From the NCBI GenBank assembly GCA_900617105.1, contig UYFQ01000023.1:434001-498000 (forward strand): a DNA stretch of 64,000 nucleotides, in the 5' to 3' direction. Within the stretch, counting starts at the first letter, position 1; every line of letters starts with the position of its first letter. Below the pieces are notes generated by a model. It made no database searches. It had not been told where the DNA came from and worked only from the letters and a program-made list of their open reading frames with translations. The translations under genes were made by a program, and so were the position numbers. Of this stretch, positions 59,289 to 64,000 are shown one piece after another. The stretch is from Hydrurus foetidus. Taxonomy: Eukaryota.

Positions 59289-61979
59289 ATGCTTGATCTA
59301 CTGCTTACTTTTTCTTGGCGAGAACTGCACCACCACCCTTGGCGTAACGCGGCAGCTGTTATCGCGGTGATGCTAGGCGTGGCGTTGGCATTTTCAGTTC
59401 ACCTGATTAACGCCTCCGCCTTGAGTGAATTCTCCGGCGCAGTCCGCTCAGTCAATGGCGAGCCGGATTTGTCGCTGCGGGCCGTCTCCACGGGGTTTGA
59501 CGAGGCGCTGTACGGCGAATTGGCGCGTCACCCCTCGGTGCTGGCGGCCAGCCCGGTGGTGGAGGTGGGTACCTATGCCCTGCCTGTAGGGCGTGAGCGT
59601 AAAACCTTGAAAATTTTGGGTGTGGATGCGCTGGTGGTGGCCCGAGTGGCGCCGGCACTGATGCCGGTGCCCTTCCCTGAAAGCGCCAAGGGCGACAAAA
59701 ACAGCGACAACAGCAATACCTATGCCCTGTTTGCGCCCGACACGGTGTTTTTGAACACCAACGCGATGGCCTTGCTTCGGCCCATGCCTGACGATAAAAC
59801 CCAACCCAACCAGCGCCAGCCCCGCCCCGGCACCGAGGTGTTGAGCGTCCAAACGGGGATGCGCTTGCAAACTTTGCGGGTGGCGGGCACCGTCATGGGA
59901 ACCGCCACAGGCAGCGACAGCAGCCCTGCCCTGGCGGTGATGGACATTGCCGCCGTGCAAGAGCTGTTTGGCAAGCTGGGCCAACTCAGCCGCATCGACA
60001 TTCGTTTGCAAGCCGGGGCTGACCGGGCCGCATTTTTGGCCGACATCCAGACGCTGGCAGGCTTTGCAGGCCAGGTCACGGTAGCTGAGCCCGACGACAC
60101 GAACCAGCGCATCACCGCCCTCTCGCGAGCTTACCGGGTGAACCTGACGGTGCTGGCGCTGGTGGCGCTGTTCACGGGTGCGTTTTTGGTGTTTTCAGTG
60201 CTGTCGCTCAGCGTGGCCAAACGGGCACAGCAGTTTGCGCTGTTGGGCGTGCTGGGGCTGACACCGGCACAGCGGCTGCACTTGGTGCTGGCGGAGTCGG
60301 TGATTTTGGGCGCAGTGGGCAGCGTGCTGGGCTTGGCCCTGGGCGCGGGCTTGGCAGCGGTAGCGCTGGCGGTGCTGGGAGGAGATTTAGGCGGCGGCTA
60401 CTTCCCCGGTGTCACGCCACACCTGCAATGGAGCTCAGGTGCAGCCCTGGTTTATGGCCTGCTGGGTGTGCTGGCCGCAGGCGTAGGAGGCTGGTGGCCC
60501 GCCCAGCAAGCGCAGCGGCTGCCCCCGGCGCAGACGCTGAAAGGCTTGGGGCTGGCACCGGGCAGCGAAGGCCAACACCGTTGGTTTGGTATCATTTTGA
60601 TAGCTGTAGGTGCCGTATTAGCGGCTGCTCCACCCGTATTTGGCATCCCTTTGGCAGCCTACCTGTCGGTGGCTCTGATTTTGCTCGGTGGCATCAGTGC
60701 CCTGCCCAGCGGTATTGCGCTGCTGTACGACGCGCTCAGCCCCCTGGTCGCCCGGCGCGTGCTGCCCATGCTGGCCGTGGAACGCGCCCGGCGGCAACGC
60801 GACACCGCTGCCATCGCCATCAGCGGCGTGGTGGCATCTCTCAGTTTGGCGGTGGCGCTGACAGTGATGGTGACGAGCTTTCGCCAATCGGTAACGGCGT
60901 GGCTGGACGTGGTGCTGCCCGCAGGCCTGTATGTGCGCATGGCGAACTCGGCCACGGCGGGTGACAGTGTGTACTTCGAGCCTGCCTTTGTGCAAAACGT
61001 GGCGCTGCTGCCCGGCGTGAAAAAGCTCACTGCGTTGCGCGTCTCCAGCCTGCAACTTGACCCCACCCGCCCACCCGTCGCACTGATTTCGCGCCCCCTG
61101 GACGACCCGTTGGCCGCGCTGCCACTGGTCGGTACGCCGGTCGCCATGCCCACGGACAATGCCAAATCCCGCGATGCTGTGCCGGTTTTCGTCAGCGAAG
61201 CCTTCGCCGACCTCTACAGCGTGCATTCAGGCGAATTCTTCAAGCCTTTTAGCCCTTCACAGCAGGCTGGGCATGCTACACCCGCTACGCTTTCAGGAGC
61301 AAACTTCTTCGTCGCGGGCATCTGGCGCGACTACGCCCGCCAGCACGGCTCCATCGCCATCGACCAAAGCGACTTTGTGCGCCTCACCGGCGACCACCGG
61401 GTGAACGATTTGGCGCTGTGGCTGAATGAAGGTGTGGCCCCCGAGGGCGTGCAAACGGGTATCCGCAAGCTAGCAGATCTGAATTTCGGGGCTGACAGCG
61501 CGGCCAGCCAGTTGCTGGAATTCTCTAGCGCGGCGCAAATCCGGGCGGTATCGCTGGCGATTTTTGACCGCAGTTTTGCCGTCACCTACTGGCTGCAAGC
61601 GGTGGCGATAGCGATTGGCCTTTTTGGCGTGGCGGCAAGCTTCAGCGCACAGGTGCTGGCACGGCGCAAAGAATTCGGCCTGCTGGCCCACCTGGGCCTG
61701 ACTCGCCGCCAAGTGCTGAGCGTGGTCGCCGGTGAAGGCTTGGTCTGGACACTGATTGGTGCCATCGCCGGGCTGCTGCTGGGGCTGGTGGTCGCCATCG
61801 TGCTCGTCGATGTGGTGAACCCGCAAAGCTTCCACTGGACCATGGATTTGGCCGTACCGTGGCTGCGGCTGATCGCACTTTGCGCAGCCGTGGTGCTGGC
61901 CGGTACAGGCACCGCGTGGCTGGCTGGGCGGGCGGCGGCGGGCAAGGATGCGGTGCTGGCGGTGAAGGAGGATTGGTAG
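59289..61979 (+). CDS. ABC transporter permease, duplicated MacB/FtsX-like
   Basis: Two MacB-periplasmic + FtsX TM repeats; DVVNPQSFHWT; start placed at ATG 59289. Confidence 0.88.
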   Translation: MLDLLLTFSWRELHHHPWRNAAAVIAVMLGVALAFSVHLINASALSEFSGAVRSVNGEPDLSLRAVSTGFDEALYGELARHPSVLAASPVVEVGTYALPVGRERKTLKILGVDALVVARVAPALMPVPFPESAKGDKNSDNSNTYALFAPDTVFLNTNAMALLRPMPDDKTQPNQRQPRPGTEVLSVQTGMRLQTLRVAGTVMGTATGSDSSPALAVMDIAAVQELFGKLGQLSRIDIRLQAGADRAAFLADIQTLAGFAGQVTVAEPDDTNQRITALSRAYRVNLTVLALVALFTGAFLVFSVLSLSVAKRAQQFALLGVLGLTPAQRLHLVLAESVILGAVGSVLGLALGAGLAAVALAVLGGDLGGGYFPGVTPHLQWSSGAALVYGLLGVLAAGVGGWWPAQQAQRLPPAQTLKGLGLAPGSEGQHRWFGIILIAVGAVLAAAPPVFGIPLAAYLSVALILLGGISALPSGIALLYDALSPLVARRVLPMLAVERARRQRDTAAIAISGVVASLSLAVALTVMVTSFRQSVTAWLDVVLPAGLYVRMANSATAGDSVYFEPAFVQNVALLPGVKKLTALRVSSLQLDPTRPPVALISRPLDDPLAALPLVGTPVAMPTDNAKSRDAVPVFVSEAFADLYSVHSGEFFKPFSPSQQAGHATPATLSGANFFVAGIWRDYARQHGSIAIDQSDFVRLTGDHRVNDLALWLNEGVAPEGVQTGIRKLADLNFGADSAASQLLEFSSAAQIRAVSLAIFDRSFAVTYWLQAVAIAIGLFGVAASFSAQVLARRKEFGLLAHLGLTRRQVLSVVAGEGLVWTLIGAIAGLLLGLVVAIVLVDVVNPQSFHWTMDLAVPWLRLIALCAAVVLAGTGTAWLAGRAAAGKDAVLAVKEDW
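60588..60604 (+). repeat. Dispersed 17-bp element inside the permease gene
   Basis: GGTATCATTTTGATAGC-TGTAGG-TGC-CGTATT. Confidence 0.65.
61284..61300 (-). repeat. Dispersed 17-bp element inside the permease gene
   Basis: Reverse complement GCTCCTGAAAGCGTAGC with tail ...AGGGCTAAAAGGCTTGAA. Confidence 0.6.
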
Positions 61980-62095
61980 CACCACCCCACCGGCAAGTTG
62001 TCGCACCCAAGACCTTCATTGCGCACGGTGAAACTTATCATGGTGGCCTGCGGCTTCTGCCATGACCTTTGTATCTTTAGCACCCAAGGAAATCC

Positions 62096-62809
62096 ATGAC
62101 TACACCTACCAGCCCCTTGTTGAATTACAGCCTTGAAGCCGGCATTGCCACCCTGACGCTGGACGACGGCAAAGCCAATGCGATGAGCGTGTCCATGCTC
62201 CAAGCCCTCAACCAAGCACTGGACCGCGCCCAAGCTGACAAGGCCATCGTGGTGCTGCGTGGCCGCGCGGGCATGTTTTCCGGGGGGTTTGACCTCTCCG
62301 CGTTCAAAAGAGAGCCGCAAGAAATTTTGGCCATGCTCAAAGCCGGGGCCGCGTTGTCAGCCCGCTTGCTCGCCTACCCGCACCCTGTGGTGGCTGTGTG
62401 CACGGGACACGCGATTGCCATGGGCGTTTTTTTGCTGCTCAGCACCGACCTGCGCATAGGCTCTCAGCCTGACGCGAAAATTCAAGTCAATGAAGTGCTC
62501 ATCGGCATGACGCTGCCCTACTTTGCGATTGAAGTATGCCGCCAGCGACTCACCCCAGCCCAAGCCAACCTCGCCGCGATCACCGCTGCTCCCTACACCC
62601 AACTCCAGGCCCAGGCCGCCGGGTTTTTAGACGAGGTGGCGCAGCCCGATGAACTGGAAGCCGTTTTGAAAAAGCATACCGACCATTTGCGAAAACTCGA
62701 CCCCGAAGCCTTTACCGCCACCAAACTGCGTTTGCGCGAGCCTGCCTTGGCCTTGCTGCATGAGGGCATCCGTAAGGACATTGAAGTCTGGTCGGCACGC
62801 TTTCAGTAA
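62096..62809 (+). CDS. Crotonase/enoyl-CoA hydratase family protein
   Basis: LDDGKANA, FSGGFDL, GHAIAMG, NEVLIG. Confidence 0.9.
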   Translation: MTTPTSPLLNYSLEAGIATLTLDDGKANAMSVSMLQALNQALDRAQADKAIVVLRGRAGMFSGGFDLSAFKREPQEILAMLKAGAALSARLLAYPHPVVAVCTGHAIAMGVFLLLSTDLRIGSQPDAKIQVNEVLIGMTLPYFAIEVCRQRLTPAQANLAAITAAPYTQLQAQAAGFLDEVAQPDELEAVLKKHTDHLRKLDPEAFTATKLRLREPALALLHEGIRKDIEVWSARFQ

Positions 62810-62829
62810 TTCAGTAATTCGGTGATGCC

Positions 62830-63201
62830 TCATTTGGCGAGGTACTGCACACCAGGCAGGCCCGTGTAATCCACGTCTTGCGTCCAGAAGGTGGCTTTGA
62901 ACTCCAGTGCAATGGCATACATCACCGCGTCCGCCATGGCCAGTTTGTGCCGTTGGGCCGTGGCAGAGGCGGCCAAAGCACGGGCATCCGTCAGCTCAAT
63001 CACCCGCCCCATGCGCATCACGTCCAAACACTGGTTCACCACAGGCTCAGGCACCAATTGGCTCAAGCGTTTGTGTACCTCATAGAGGGCAATGACAGGC
63101 ACCACAAGCTGGGCGCGTGCCTCAATGGCGGAGGCAAACAATTCAGCGCGAGGGGAGTCCAGCAGGTATTCAATCCACCCCGACGAATCGACAACATTCA
63201 T
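62830..63201 (-). CDS. PIN-domain (VapC) toxin
   Basis: VVDSSGWIEY, LYEV, MADAVMYA, WTQD.D; TGATG overlap with the antitoxin. Confidence 0.9.
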   Translation of the reverse strand: MNVVDSSGWIEYLLDSPRAELFASAIEARAQLVVPVIALYEVHKRLSQLVPEPVVNQCLDVMRMGRVIELTDARALAASATAQRHKLAMADAVMYAIALEFKATFWTQDVDYTGLPGVQYLAK

Positions 63202-63431
63202 CAAAACCGGTCGCTTTCTTTGGGAATTTCAGTATCGGGGATGGCATAACCCTTGAGCAGACCCCGGTAGGCGCTGATGGGCAATTCGGGTGTAATCACA
63301 ATCTCTTTGCCCCGCAATTCAAACCGGATACGTGAGCCTGCCACCAAGCCCAATTGTTCGCGCAACCGCACCGGCAGCGTCACTTGACCTTTGCTGGACA
63401 CGGTGGAGGGACTGTCTAAAACAGCAGACAT
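63201..63431 (-). CDS. AbrB/MazE/SpoVT-family antitoxin
   Basis: VSSKGQVTLPVRLREQLGL..G. Confidence 0.9.
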   Translation of the reverse strand: MSAVLDSPSTVSSKGQVTLPVRLREQLGLVAGSRIRFELRGKEIVITPELPISAYRGLLKGYAIPDTEIPKESDRF

Positions 63432-63525
63432 GGCAGCATCCTTTGGTTTGAGGTAAGAATTTTTTAAAGTAAGATTTTATCTGAAGCAAGAATTTTTTGA
63501 CTTTACTTTTTTAAAAACGCACCCT

Positions 63526-64000
63526 ATGAACTCCTCCTGGCTCAGTACCGCCATTGCCCGCATTGAAGCGGATTTCCAACGCAGCGCGGACACGCATTTG
63601 ATCCCCCTACCTATCCCGTATTTCGAGGCGTTGGGTATCGACTTTTACCTGAAGGACGAATCCACCCACCCCACGGGAAGCCTCAAGCACCGGCTGGCGC
63701 GGTCCTTGTTTTTGTACGCGCTGTGCAATGGCTGGATCACCGCGCAATCGACGGTGGTGGAAGCGTCCAGCGGCTCTACCGCCGTCAGTGAGGCTTACTT
63801 TGCCCGGCTGCTGGGGCTGCCGTTTGTGGCGGTGATGCCGCGCAGCACGTCGCCTGAGAAAGTCGCGCAAATCGAGTTCCACGGCGGGCGCTGCCATTGG
63901 GTGGACAGCGCGGCAGAGGTCTACGAGGCGGCTCGCAGTGTGGCCAAAGCCACCAACGGCCACTACATGGACCAGTTCACCTACGCCGAACGGGCCACCG
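63526..64000 (+). CDS. PLP-dependent cysteine synthase-like protein (Cds1/cysteine desulfhydrase type), runs off the right edge
   Basis: Manual translation: [70 protein letters not shown]. Confidence 0.88.
   Translation, partial: MNSSWLSTAIARIEADFQRSADTHLIPLPIPYFEALGIDFYLKDESTHPTGSLKHRLARSLFLYALCNGWITAQSTVVEASSGSTAVSEAYFARLLGLPFVAVMPRSTSPEKVAQIEFHGGRCHWVDSAAEVYEAARSVAKATNGHYMDQFTYAERAT

Overview
Core chromosomal segment of a GC-rich betaproteobacterium; gene content and order look like Comamonadaceae (Rhodoferax/Limnohabitans-like, by inference). It carries housekeeping genes (ghrB-like, pncB, ggt, phasin, tRNA-Arg/tRNA-Pro, lysC, tilS, accA, alkA-like, cysS, ppiA/ppiB, lpxH, glyA with a ZMP/ZTP riboswitch, nrdR, ribD/ribE/ribB-X/ribH, nusB, tolQRA, dnaE, trhO-like). 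It also has a compositionally distinct type IV minor-pilin cassette (fimT-pilV-pilW-pilX-pilY1-pilE), a pirin/flavodoxin/LysR cluster and two VapBC-type toxin-antitoxin modules. I saw no integrase, transposase, CRISPR array or rRNA. The most unusual signal is a dispersed, degenerate 17-bp palindromic element, GCT(A/C)Y-N7(AT-rich)-RTAGC, usually followed by N6-YGC. I found it by eye at least 14 times, in both orientations and in more than one reading frame. Twelve copies lie inside protein-coding genes (dnaE, cysS, tilS, pncB, ribD, ribE and others), where they coincide with clusters of AT-rich rare codons. No convincing copy lies in the pilin cassette. Other notable items are a candidate anti-Shine-Dalgarno sRNA behind the phasin gene, a GGDEF gene remnant and a TPR/NTF2 + L,D-transpeptidase/NTF2 pair. 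All calls are from reading the sequence; no searches were run.
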